Origin: a virus
Reading direction: 5' to 3' (one strand)
DNA: 45,164 nt
Virus record (IMG/VR): IMGVR_UViG_3300033059_000110
Coordinates: 1-45,164 of that record
A program made the translations under genes and the position numbers. Of this stretch, positions 9,772-19,853 are shown piece by piece; the stretch's first letter is position 1, and the number at the start of each line of letters is the position of its first letter. The notes beneath the pieces are model-generated. The model had not been told where the DNA came from. It worked only from the letters and a program-made list of their open reading frames with translations, and did not search any database.

Positions 9772-12700
9772 TGGCTAATGAATTAGGGAAAGACAAAATT
9801 GAAAGAGTAATCCCGGCTGAAGAAAGCGCTGAGACTTTACCTTTTGAAGAAAATTCAGAGATGAAATGGGATAAATATCGGTCTGAAAAGCCGGACCTGA
9901 TTGATCAGGCTTTGCCTTTGGAAGAGGAAGAGGCGCCTGTTGTTCCTTTTAATCAGGACAATGAAGTGGCTTTAAGTGCGCAAGATGATGCGCAAGAATT
10001 TATCGAAAGAGGAGACGCTGCTGCTGAAGATTATTACCAGAACACCCCGGAAGGCCAGGCTATTGTTCAAAAGCGAAAAGACAATCAAAAAAAGATGTCT
10101 GGGTTAAATTATTATGATCAATCTAAAAAAATAGCCAAGTATCTGACAGGAACTGACAATATCCCATTGGCTCTTTTGACTCTAAAAAGCGGACAGCCTT
10201 TGAATTATTGGCTGGGCAAAGTCGCCTTTACTTCCGCGCATGATACTGTTCGTAATGTTTTGCAAGCCGGAGCGGATATCACTAACGGAGCTTTTTCAGT
10301 CATGGAAGGAATGTGGGATTGGATTGGAGAGCAGGAAAAAAAGTTTGATGAGAAGGTTTATGGCATAAAGACTGAACCCAAAAAAGCAGAATTAGCCAGG
10401 GTGCCAGTGCCGGAGTTTGATTTTGTACCTGAAGAAATGCGGACTCCTTCAGTGGAATTAGCTTCTAATTTGATTGAAATTATCGGTCCTATGGTAGGCG
10501 CAAGCGCAGCCCTTGGAGGGTTCAGGGCTGTGCAGGGCTCTACTAAAGCCAAGAAAGCATTGGATTTATTAAAGCAGACAGGAAAAGAAGCAGGGCTGGC
10601 CGGGGGTGTGGCGTTTGTTGTTTTAGACCCTGACGAAAAAAATATCGCTGATTTTTTTAACAAGTATCCTTTTTTAAAAAATCCAATAACTGAAGCATTA
10701 GCCAGTGACGAAGATGACAGCCGCTTAGAGGGAAGATTTAAGCACGCTTTATTAGAGGCTGGGATTGATATTCCTTTTGGACTTGGGGTCCGGGGAATAA
10801 TGACTTTGTATAAAGCCATTAAGCATAAAAGTGAATTAGGGACTCAATTGCTGAAAGATCAATTGGATCAAAAGGGCTTATCTAACAGTGATGATGTTTT
10901 GGACAATGTTGATTTTGCTACAGTAGAAAAGGCTACTGAAAGCTTAGAAGAAGTTACAGAGGCTATACCTGCTCAAACAGCTCAGACAGCTAAAAAGCCA
11001 ACAGCAAAGGCTCCTGTGGAAGATGAAGGGTTAAAAAGAATGGTCCAAGGGGTAGCTAATGGCGGGGTGATGGAGAGAACCTTAATGCGTCCAGAGGTTT
11101 TTGATGATGCATTTAAAAGGCTAGGGGCCAGCCCTGAGCAAGGAAAGAAAATGTTAGAGCTGGGCAGTTGGAAACACCATTACTTAATGAAGAGAAATGA
11201 GCTGTTAAGAAATGTTGATCTTGAAATTGAAAAGCTGCGGGTCGCAAGCGTTGAGGAGCGCATAAAACCTTTACCGGAACAGGATGTTGATTACCTTGAT
11301 AATCTTTCCCAGCGAACACAAGGTTTATTGAATTATGGAATGGAGCAGTACCACAGGCTTAAAGGCTTTGATGTTGAGCACATGGAGGTGATTGACGATT
11401 TCTTTAAAAATTTAGAAAAAAACTTAATTTTAGACCCTAACCATAAAGCTATGCAGCTAGAGCCTCCTTCTATAGTGGGAAGTTTTGCAATGAATTTAAT
11501 GAAAAACGAAAGAGGTGCTATCACGCTAGGGGGGCGCTCAATTTTTGAAATTCGTGATGATTTGGTAAAATTAGAGGCGAAGATCGCAAGAGAGGCCCCT
11601 GATGAAATAAGCAAATATGGCCCTTATGAGGGGACTGTTATGGCAAGTCCTGAAACAGTGGCTCAAACTCAGGATAAAATAAAATTAAAAAAATTAATAA
11701 AGGATTATGAAGCTTTAAGAGAGACATACTATGACGCTTTAATAGGGAGTCGGCAGGCAGGGTTTATTAATTTTGGAATTTTAAAAGCTTTAAGGAAAAT
11801 GTTTGAAGAGCAAAGGTTTTTAACTTTTAAAGAAAATGAAATATATCGAAACATAAAAAAGACTTTACAAAACCCCAAAGTCGAACCTTTTGCCGAAGAG
11901 CCTCTTTTGCGCCCTTCTCAGAATATGACAGATTATGCAATGAATGAGATGCCTTCAAGTGGCTTTCAGAAAAGAGGACAAGGCCCAGGGCCTGTGATTG
12001 TGGGCAGCAAAGAGGAGCGAATGAATTGGGCAAAAAAACTTATCCGAAAACTAAGAAGACAGCCGTCGGAATATCATCAAAGGGAAATTTTACCTTTAGA
12101 GGAGTTTAATTTACAGGTGGAAGGGCTAAGGAATAGTGTGACAGATTATATTGAAAAAAGTTCGCTGAATATCCCTAAAGCTAAAGTGGTAGGAATTTTC
12201 AACAAAATAGCTGGTAGATACCATAAGTTTGGGTGGAGATTACCTGAAGACAGATTGCCGACTTTATCGGCAGACCAGTTTATAAACAATATGGACACTT
12301 GGTTAGATCAAGCGCCTAAAGGGGCTGAGCAGGCAAAAGAGATTGAGGGGGCTATAGAGAAGGCATTTAATTTGCAAATGCCGACTCAGGCGTTGGATGA
12401 AACGACATTAAAAATTAAAGATTTGGCTAAAAGAGTAGCAGCAACACAGCAACCGCATCGCCCGATAAGATTAGAGCAAAGATCAGCACATCCTTTGCAA
12501 TCGCAAAAACGAAGCCAGCTTGATGCTTTAATGATGGAAGTAGAGATGTCTTTAATGGCAGACCAAAGAAAAAATCCCACTTTATCATTTCAGTTTAAAA
12601 ATGATGCCCGGAAAAGAGTTGAAGCTTATTTGCATGGCTTACAGGCAGAAGAGCCTTTACTTGATACGGCAGGACGAATTTTAAAATCAAAAGATTTAGC

Positions 12701-15605
12701 TTTAACTGTTTCTCCTACAGAATTGCTTCCCGGACAAAGAAAGACAGTTCGCGATTACAGGTATTTAAATAAAATTTTAGGAGAGAGCCAGGGAGTTGAC
12801 GAACTATTGGAGGCAGTATTTGATGCGAAACGGACTGGAAAGGACATGATGAATGTCATAAACAGGGCAGGGGTTATTTCTTATGAAAAACCTTTAACTT
12901 TCGCTGGAAAATTAAATGATTGGGGAAGAACTATCCAGACGCTTATTGGCTTAAGATTGCTTTCAGCAATGTCAACAAAATATGTAGTGGGCGCAGGGCT
13001 TGGGCAGATTAATTTTTTAAAGGGTGTTTCTTCTGGATTAGAAGATATTGCTTTCGATCCAATGGTAAGAGGGCTAAGGACAGCAAGCGGGATACCTCAG
13101 TTATCAGGAAGCCGTCTTTTGCAGAGGCTTTTCATGTGGAAAGAAGAGATGGGACAAGCCAGTCGTAATGCCTGGGATTATTTGTCATTTCAAAAGAACA
13201 GTATTGAGTTGGATTTTTCACCTAAAACGGGAACCCCGGAAGACCTTCGGTATGAGATGACAAAAGGGGAAAGTCCTTTACAGCATTTTAGAGAATGGGG
13301 GCTTAATGTCTTAAGTCCTCAGCAAACTAACAGAACTATGAAAGGGTTAAGGTTTTTGTTTAACCGGGCCATGCAAGCTTATCAGTTAATTGGCGGCATA
13401 CGGATAATTAAAGGGATGGATATATTTAACAGGAATTTAAATTTAGCTCCTGCCCTCCATAATGTTTTGCGAGATAAATGGAACAGGGTGAATGTTATTC
13501 GTCAAAAACAAAATTTAAGACCTTATTCCAGAAATGAGCTTCAGGATAAGTTTAATAAAGATTTTTCTTTTTTGTATGAGAAAGCTTTTAAAGGGGAAGG
13601 GGGAAAGCTAAAAGAAATACAACAGATATATGATGAAACCAACAGAATGTCATTTATGTCGAGGGATGTAAAAATTGCCGGAACAGACAAGTTTAATGTG
13701 GGAGATATGACTAGAGGGATAACTAATTGGATTGATAGAATTCCTATAGGAGGGAAGTTCATTTCTCTTTTTCGTCATGTAATGCTTAATGTAGGGGATT
13801 TTGTGACAAGGGGCAGTCCTTTGGCATTCATTAACCCGGATGTACGAAAAGCCTGGGGGAAGGGAAGACAGGCTCAAGTATTAGGGGAAGCTGTTGCCGG
13901 TAGTTTGATAGGTATAGGAAACATAGCTTTGTTTATGAAAGCTAAAGAAAAATTTATGCCTAAAAATAAAAACGAAAGGCAGGCTTTAAGGCAAATAACA
14001 GGAAGGTATGCTTATGGGCCTCTTATTCGTGATCCTGAAGGGGGGAAGCAATACATACTGGATACAGGCAGCCCGGTGGGGGCTTTAACTTCTTATTATA
14101 TGGAGTTGTATGATTATTTGGACGATTTACAGGACACCAAAGAGTTCGGTCAATTTTTTGGGGATTTCATAAAGCATCATTTGAATTATTTAACTCCGTA
14201 TCAGTTTATTGAAAAATATGACATTTTAGCCTCTTTGGGGGATTGGGTAAAAAGCGGGAAGGACAGTGGTTACAGGGCCAGTAAGTTAATTAAAAACGGC
14301 CTTTATGCCGGAATTATTAAAGAAGTGGAAAAATGGCAGACAGGATTTCAGCCACAGGAAGATGTTGCACAGATGGAGGGGGAATTAGACGAAAGTTTTA
14401 AAAGGCATGAGTCTGATTTTCCGGTTCGCTGGAATCGTCTTCTCCGCAAAGCTGTCCCTATGTGGGGTGGGGAAAGGGATATTGGATTTCCTCAGTCAGA
14501 TTTTTTAGGGAATGACATGACAATTAACCATTCCATAGCCCGTCAGGCTTTTAGTGTAGTGTCTCTGAAAGATTATTATGATTTGAATAGAGAGCGGTCC
14601 CCTGTCCAAAAGGCTACTGATTATGCAGGAATTATCAGAAAAAGACTTCCTGTAAAAAATGAGCCTTTAATAATGGCTTTATGGAAATTGCAGGATACTC
14701 CACGGCAAGGGGAGTATTGGGATCAGAACCCTTTGCAGTTATATGCAGATTATAATTTCACTTTAAAAGAGGTTTTAAAGCAGGATGCTTTCAATGAAAT
14801 TATACGGGACAAAAAAATCAAAAAATATTTTGATTCGGTTAATGTAAGCCAGCAACAATTATGGGATCGGCTATATCAAAAACGATTTATTATTAATGAT
14901 GAAGGGGTATGGAATATCAATCGATTGGCCGGAGGAACAAGGAAGGTGGATGTTGGCGGGCGCTCTACGACAGGAGAGGCAGAAATTAATAAATTCATGT
15001 CCACTTTTCGCAGTGACTTGAAAGCGCAGGACGATTTATTAAGCGCTTTCAACAGCCCTGAGATGCAGGAAAAGCGGGGTAAAATGTTAAATTGGGCTAT
15101 GGCATTTGACAAATACGGAAATAACATGGGGGACGCCCTTAAAAGGCTGGTATTTAACCCTCAGATAGAGAGAATCCAGGCAGAATTTGAAAGTTTAGTG
15201 AAGACTAAGCCCATGACATTACTGGAAAAAAAGCAGGAATTAGCCGCCTTAATGCGCAAAAGATTTAAGCCATACGGATATAGCAGCAGAGGATTGGGAA
15301 AGGCATTGGCTGTCAAAGTGGACGAAAGGGATGGAAAGTTTGTGTATAACAGCATAATTCATGAGCATTTGGACAATAACGGAAAGGAGCAAAACCTGGC
15401 ATTTCAGAGAACAATAGTGAATGAATTGGCGAGAGAATACACATCTTTTGCCAAGTGGACATATTTGCAGGAATTCTTATTTGGAAATAAAGATTTTAAT
15501 GATAATTTATTAAAAGAGGCAATTCAGGATTTTGAGGATAATACGGAAGCTTTTACTAGGACGCCTGAAAATGATCCTGTTTTAATTCAGGGGGTTGGAT
15601 TTTAA
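9768..15605 (+). CDS. Giant internal virion / ejection protein (gp16 position)
   Basis: 1945 aa. ATGA start/stop overlap with the upstream gene. Assigned by synteny. No lytic transglycosylase or other catalytic motif recognised by eye. Confidence 0.45.
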   Translation: MMANELGKDKIERVIPAEESAETLPFEENSEMKWDKYRSEKPDLIDQALPLEEEEAPVVPFNQDNEVALSAQDDAQEFIERGDAAAEDYYQNTPEGQAIVQKRKDNQKKMSGLNYYDQSKKIAKYLTGTDNIPLALLTLKSGQPLNYWLGKVAFTSAHDTVRNVLQAGADITNGAFSVMEGMWDWIGEQEKKFDEKVYGIKTEPKKAELARVPVPEFDFVPEEMRTPSVELASNLIEIIGPMVGASAALGGFRAVQGSTKAKKALDLLKQTGKEAGLAGGVAFVVLDPDEKNIADFFNKYPFLKNPITEALASDEDDSRLEGRFKHALLEAGIDIPFGLGVRGIMTLYKAIKHKSELGTQLLKDQLDQKGLSNSDDVLDNVDFATVEKATESLEEVTEAIPAQTAQTAKKPTAKAPVEDEGLKRMVQGVANGGVMERTLMRPEVFDDAFKRLGASPEQGKKMLELGSWKHHYLMKRNELLRNVDLEIEKLRVASVEERIKPLPEQDVDYLDNLSQRTQGLLNYGMEQYHRLKGFDVEHMEVIDDFFKNLEKNLILDPNHKAMQLEPPSIVGSFAMNLMKNERGAITLGGRSIFEIRDDLVKLEAKIAREAPDEISKYGPYEGTVMASPETVAQTQDKIKLKKLIKDYEALRETYYDALIGSRQAGFINFGILKALRKMFEEQRFLTFKENEIYRNIKKTLQNPKVEPFAEEPLLRPSQNMTDYAMNEMPSSGFQKRGQGPGPVIVGSKEERMNWAKKLIRKLRRQPSEYHQREILPLEEFNLQVEGLRNSVTDYIEKSSLNIPKAKVVGIFNKIAGRYHKFGWRLPEDRLPTLSADQFINNMDTWLDQAPKGAEQAKEIEGAIEKAFNLQMPTQALDETTLKIKDLAKRVAATQQPHRPIRLEQRSAHPLQSQKRSQLDALMMEVEMSLMADQRKNPTLSFQFKNDARKRVEAYLHGLQAEEPLLDTAGRILKSKDLALTVSPTELLPGQRKTVRDYRYLNKILGESQGVDELLEAVFDAKRTGKDMMNVINRAGVISYEKPLTFAGKLNDWGRTIQTLIGLRLLSAMSTKYVVGAGLGQINFLKGVSSGLEDIAFDPMVRGLRTASGIPQLSGSRLLQRLFMWKEEMGQASRNAWDYLSFQKNSIELDFSPKTGTPEDLRYEMTKGESPLQHFREWGLNVLSPQQTNRTMKGLRFLFNRAMQAYQLIGGIRIIKGMDIFNRNLNLAPALHNVLRDKWNRVNVIRQKQNLRPYSRNELQDKFNKDFSFLYEKAFKGEGGKLKEIQQIYDETNRMSFMSRDVKIAGTDKFNVGDMTRGITNWIDRIPIGGKFISLFRHVMLNVGDFVTRGSPLAFINPDVRKAWGKGRQAQVLGEAVAGSLIGIGNIALFMKAKEKFMPKNKNERQALRQITGRYAYGPLIRDPEGGKQYILDTGSPVGALTSYYMELYDYLDDLQDTKEFGQFFGDFIKHHLNYLTPYQFIEKYDILASLGDWVKSGKDSGYRASKLIKNGLYAGIIKEVEKWQTGFQPQEDVAQMEGELDESFKRHESDFPVRWNRLLRKAVPMWGGERDIGFPQSDFLGNDMTINHSIARQAFSVVSLKDYYDLNRERSPVQKATDYAGIIRKRLPVKNEPLIMALWKLQDTPRQGEYWDQNPLQLYADYNFTLKEVLKQDAFNEIIRDKKIKKYFDSVNVSQQQLWDRLYQKRFIINDEGVWNINRLAGGTRKVDVGGRSTTGEAEINKFMSTFRSDLKAQDDLLSAFNSPEMQEKRGKMLNWAMAFDKYGNNMGDALKRLVFNPQIERIQAEFESLVKTKPMTLLEKKQELAALMRKRFKPYGYSSRGLGKALAVKVDERDGKFVYNSIIHEHLDNNGKEQNLAFQRTIVNELAREYTSFAKWTYLQEFLFGNKDFNDNLLKEAIQDFEDNTEAFTRTPENDPVLIQGVGF

Positions 15606-18600
15606 ATGTCTGTTAGAAACGAAAATCCAAGTATCAGTTATCGGGCGGCTCAGAATCAGATTGAGTTTGCTATTCCTTTTGATTATAAAGCCCGTTCCGG
15701 GGAATCAATTCAGGTAAAAGTTAATGATAAATTAGCAAGTAGTTCTGCTTATAATGTGGTGGGATTGCCTGAAGCTGCTCAGATAAAAGCTTCATATATA
15801 ATTCGTTTTTTGGTAGGTCATTATCCGGCCACAAATGACAAAATTACAATAAGCCGCTCTACACAGGTTGATCAGCAGGTTGATTATGTGGAGGGTTTTG
15901 ATTTTTCAGATAAAGACACTATTGAAAGTTTAGATAAATTAACCCGGATTATTCAGGAAATTAAAACTGGTGACGCTGTAATCATAAACACTGAAGGAGA
16001 AGGGCTATCGAGAGCGCAGGTGATGGCTATAGTGGAAGAGCTTACTGGCGACAATTTAAATGATGTTGATTTAGAGGGGAACACATTAATTTTTACAAGA
16101 GAAAACGGCGATACAGTTGAAGTGGTTTTGCCGGTCCCTAAAATTTCAGATTTATTAGAGGATAGTTATGACTCTCAGAACAGAAACAGCATTATATCTC
16201 CTTTGATTGGCGTTACTCTTAATGCCGGAAATCGGGTTTGGACAAGCGGAAAGGTTAAGCCTACTGTTTTGACTCAATCGATCCGGTTTGAGCAAGAATG
16301 GAAAATCAGGGTTTTGTTTTGTTGCGTGGCTGAAGGGGTCCGAGCTGCAGCAGTCGCTAGAGTTGAGGCCATTTTTTCTCATTCAGTATTGGGGGATACT
16401 CAGAGACCACCAATAACAGTTCATTTAGGCAATTTAAATTTTCCTTTGCAAGAGGGAGACGATTGGCCTAGTGAAATTATTGGTGAAGAGCAGGCGAATA
16501 AGGCAGGGGTTAATCCTTTACATTTAGATACTGCGCAAATTCGGATTACCTGGATAAGCGGCGCTGATATTTCTTTTGATCGAGTGTCTTCTGATGCTTT
16601 GGCTGCTACGGCTTTTCTTTTTAAAATGAGTCCCAATATCCCAAGTTCCATAGGCTCAGGTTTAACGGATGAGCAGAAAAGAAAGCTTGGTCGGATAAAG
16701 GCTTTAAATGATGATGGCAGTTTACCTTCTTGCACGGAAGAGGATTTTAATAATCGCAGGTATGTTATTTATAACGGCGATTTAAGGATAGCAAACAGAA
16801 TAATAACAGTTCAGGCTAGAGATACTTCAGCGACTTTTACAGATATTAAGGACGACAATTTACCAGATAATATTTTTCCGGACGGAGGGCAATGGAGAGG
16901 CATAAGAAGCACGCTTCCTCCCCCTTCTATTTTGGCGGGGTTTAATGATAATGATGTAATTTATGTCACAAGAGATCATAATTTTTACAGGTTTGACGAT
17001 ACGCAGGTTTTAGGGGATCCGTTAGGGTTTATCCCTTTTAGTTTTCCCATATATCAAGGTTTTGCAGATACAGAAGCTTTGGCTTTAAGCAAAGTCACAG
17101 GCAATGGACAGATTATTTTTATTAGCAGTCAAAACAAGCTTAAAATCACTTCTAATTATGTCAGAGGAACAGCAGCGCAATATGGTTATATATGGAGTTT
17201 GTCTCATTCCATTGATGATTTAAAAAGCGGAAAAGGGTTAGACGATAAAGCCATTGAAAAAAGAAAATTATCACAGCCCCTTCAAGACAAAATAAATGAA
17301 ATAGGAATTACTATTTTAAGCGACGGCACACTTGGGGTTAAAAAAGATGAAAGAGCTTTTTTGGATGATGGGGTGGGGATTGAGGTGGAAGATGATACAG
17401 AGGAAATTGAGATTTTAGTTAATGATTATATTACACTTGCTTTAACGGAAAACTTTTCAATAGCTGCTACATATAAAACAATTTACAGCAGAAAGGCTAA
17501 TATAGGGAGATTGGACAAAGACAATGGTGATTTTGATGGGATTGAAATTAGGTTCGACTCAGTGTTAGGTAATTTAATAAAAATTTTATTTAGTGCTGAG
17601 GCCTGGGCTGAAATTTATGACAGTTCTACTGCTACAAAATTAAAGGCTCCTTACAGTGTCCTTAAAATTTATAATGTGGTTTATTCCTATAGAAGTAATT
17701 TAAACGCAGAAAAATCATATAGATTTATTGAAAGTGAAATGGCTTTAGAATTGAGAACTCGTTCTCGTAGCGGGGTGGGGTTTATTTGGAGAGCTGGGCA
17801 ATTTGCAGATGCGCGGTTACAGTTAGAAAATAGTGACGGCTCAGTAAAAAGATACAATCGGGTTCGTTTTTTTGGCGGAGCCACTTTAAGGACAGGCGCC
17901 AATGCGCCTGTCCCCTCAGATTCAAATGAAATAAAAATTTATGACATTGGCTCTTTAGGTAAAGCTCAAGGCGACTCTAACGGATATATTACAGGATTAT
18001 ATACCAGAGCTATAAGAGCGCCGGGAAAAATCCCTGTGTTTTTCAGAGAATTAAGCTTTGAATTTTCAGTGGCAGGCTGGGCGGCTGTGTATGATTCGAC
18101 TCAAACATCAGGGCTAAAAGCTCCCTGGGTTACGATTAAATATAACGGGTTTGCTTTAACCAAAGGATTGAACCGAAACTTAGGTTATGAGTACGGAGTG
18201 AGCGCCAGAAGAATTGTTATTACTTTAGGGCCTTTTGGCGGCTATAATCTTATTTATGCTATTCCGGCTAAGACACAGTTAAATTTATCTATAGACAACG
18301 CAGACGGCTCCAATAAGCTTTTCGGATTTAGGAATGTCAAAAGATTAACTAATGCTGAATTTAATGAAAAGGTATCTTTTAATCCTGAAGGGGTGGAAAG
18401 ACTTAAAAATCTTTTTAATATCCCTCCACCCTATGTCCCTCCACCAGAAGGCAGGAAACCTCCTGCTAATATAGAAGATGAACTGGAGTTACAAGTTGAT
18501 GATATTACTCACGAAGGAATAGCCGCCGAGTTTATCATGGGAGGAAGAGGAACCTTAGGAGTTGAGTACGACCTGCTTAGGAAAGTAGGCTCAAAGAAAA

Positions 18601-19355
18601 ATGACGATAATGACGATATAATTCTTTTAGATCAACAAATCACATCCTCTACCCCTCCAGCAGCCGCAAAACACGCCGATACTATTATAGTGGGTTTTTC
18701 TGATGCTGGTTGGAATAAAATTAACGATAATGGAAATTTAAAATCTCCTTACACAAGGGTTGAGCTTAACGGGGTGGGTTATGCTAAAGCGGCTAATAAT
18801 CTTTCTTTATTGGATTTGTCAGCAGGACAATTCCAGCTTGACCCTGCTTTAAAACGAATGAGACTTCAAAGGCAAGTCGGTGTTAATCCTATTACTCCGG
18901 TAACGGCCGGTGAGAGATTTATTCTTTTAATATCCAATGCGGATAAAACACAAACCCTTTTTGTGGGGACAGAGGTTGTTAAAAGAAGTTTAAGCAGGTC
19001 TCAGGCAAGACTTTGGCTACTTGATAGGTCTTTTATAGGAGTTATTCCAGCAAGTTTTCCTAGAACTTTAATAGGTAATTATACTATAATATGGCATGGG
19101 GTTGATGTTGCTTTATTGACTGGAGCGGCCAATCTTCAAGTTATAGTCCAGGGACAAATAGTCCATACAGAGGCTTTTCTTTCTAATTCTACTAAAAGAC
19201 TTTTTCCTTTTGAGATAAGCACAGCAGAGAGGAATAATATCAATAAAAATTTCCCACGAGGTGCAACGCACTTAGAGGTGCAGATAAGAGTTTTAGATGC
19301 GAAAAATCAGGTGATTTATAGAAGCCCAGTTTATACATGGATGGTTCAAGCTTAA
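15606..19355 (+). CDS. Tail fibre with a T7 gp17-like N-terminal adaptor domain and three internal domain repeats
   Basis: The N-terminus EFAIPFDYKARSGESIQVKVND...ITISRSTQVDQQVDYVEGFDFS parallels T7 gp17 DFNIPFEYLARKFVVVTL...IELRRVTSTTDRLVDFTDGS. 1249 aa. Confidence 0.75.
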   Translation: MSVRNENPSISYRAAQNQIEFAIPFDYKARSGESIQVKVNDKLASSSAYNVVGLPEAAQIKASYIIRFLVGHYPATNDKITISRSTQVDQQVDYVEGFDFSDKDTIESLDKLTRIIQEIKTGDAVIINTEGEGLSRAQVMAIVEELTGDNLNDVDLEGNTLIFTRENGDTVEVVLPVPKISDLLEDSYDSQNRNSIISPLIGVTLNAGNRVWTSGKVKPTVLTQSIRFEQEWKIRVLFCCVAEGVRAAAVARVEAIFSHSVLGDTQRPPITVHLGNLNFPLQEGDDWPSEIIGEEQANKAGVNPLHLDTAQIRITWISGADISFDRVSSDALAATAFLFKMSPNIPSSIGSGLTDEQKRKLGRIKALNDDGSLPSCTEEDFNNRRYVIYNGDLRIANRIITVQARDTSATFTDIKDDNLPDNIFPDGGQWRGIRSTLPPPSILAGFNDNDVIYVTRDHNFYRFDDTQVLGDPLGFIPFSFPIYQGFADTEALALSKVTGNGQIIFISSQNKLKITSNYVRGTAAQYGYIWSLSHSIDDLKSGKGLDDKAIEKRKLSQPLQDKINEIGITILSDGTLGVKKDERAFLDDGVGIEVEDDTEEIEILVNDYITLALTENFSIAATYKTIYSRKANIGRLDKDNGDFDGIEIRFDSVLGNLIKILFSAEAWAEIYDSSTATKLKAPYSVLKIYNVVYSYRSNLNAEKSYRFIESEMALELRTRSRSGVGFIWRAGQFADARLQLENSDGSVKRYNRVRFFGGATLRTGANAPVPSDSNEIKIYDIGSLGKAQGDSNGYITGLYTRAIRAPGKIPVFFRELSFEFSVAGWAAVYDSTQTSGLKAPWVTIKYNGFALTKGLNRNLGYEYGVSARRIVITLGPFGGYNLIYAIPAKTQLNLSIDNADGSNKLFGFRNVKRLTNAEFNEKVSFNPEGVERLKNLFNIPPPYVPPPEGRKPPANIEDELELQVDDITHEGIAAEFIMGGRGTLGVEYDLLRKVGSKKNDDNDDIILLDQQITSSTPPAAAKHADTIIVGFSDAGWNKINDNGNLKSPYTRVELNGVGYAKAANNLSLLDLSAGQFQLDPALKRMRLQRQVGVNPITPVTAGERFILLISNADKTQTLFVGTEVVKRSLSRSQARLWLLDRSFIGVIPASFPRTLIGNYTIIWHGVDVALLTGAANLQVIVQGQIVHTEAFLSNSTKRLFPFEISTAERNNINKNFPRGATHLEVQIRVLDAKNQVIYRSPVYTWMVQA

Positions 19356-19364
19356 GGAAAAATT

Positions 19365-19598
19365 ATGACAATAAAACCTTTTATTTCAAAATTTCTTATA
19401 GTCGATAGGAATGATATTGGAAGAACAGATTTTGTTAATCTGGGGACATCTTGTAATGATAACGATACTTTAATTATAAGTTTTGAAGAAAAAGCGGGCG
19501 ACAAAAGGATAAGAACTGTTATTCTCCCGTATGATAAAATATCTAATTTAAGGGATGGGGCACATATTGATTTTACAGGAAGGCACCATTTATTTTAA
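19365..19598 (+). CDS. Hypothetical protein (77 aa) downstream of the tail fibre
   Basis: ORF with AAGGAAAAA upstream of the ATG. No recognisable motif. Confidence 0.4.
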   Translation: MTIKPFISKFLIVDRNDIGRTDFVNLGTSCNDNDTLIISFEEKAGDKRIRTVILPYDKISNLRDGAHIDFTGRHHLF

Positions 19599-19694
19599 AA
19601 AAGAATTGCAAACGGGGATTTACAGGCAAAAATAAGTAATGGGGTTAATGCAAGCAACGAACTTTTGATTTGGAAATTGGCTTAAAGAGCTTTC

Positions 19695-19820
19695 ATGTAC
19701 GGAGTAAAATTTTATAAAACAGCATCAGGAAAGTATAAGTGGGCAATTACAGAAAACAAAACAAAAGCCCTTGCAAGGTCGGCAAAGGGGCTTTCCTGTG
19801 CAGAGAATAAAAAACTTTGA
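19695..19820 (+). CDS. Small ORF (41 aa), weak DUF1508/YegP-like half-domain
   Basis: MYGVKFYKTASGKYKWAITENKTKALARSAKGL... resembles the YegP pattern F.iykd..G.yrw.l.a.N. It is below the ORF-track size cutoff and lies in a 255-nt gap. Confidence 0.3.
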   Translation: MYGVKFYKTASGKYKWAITENKTKALARSAKGLSCAENKKL

Positions 19821-19853
19821 CATAGTGAAAAAAGTCTTTAAATCTATAAAATA

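Noticed and set aside
10358-10819. Antisense ORFs nested in long genes (e.g. 10358-10819, 1465-1875, 21796-22197, 16421-16735, 8440-8742, 35205-35591)
   Set aside because: They lie entirely inside much longer ORFs that have recognisable motifs or synteny. They have no SD sites, and their composition is low-complexity or hydrophobic, as is typical of non-coding frames.
19765-19800. Imperfect stem-loop AAAGCCCTTGC...GCAAAGGGGCTTT as a terminator after the tail genes
   Set aside because: The stem has two bulges and no downstream U-run, and it lies inside the candidate 41-aa ORF. This is insufficient for a terminator call.
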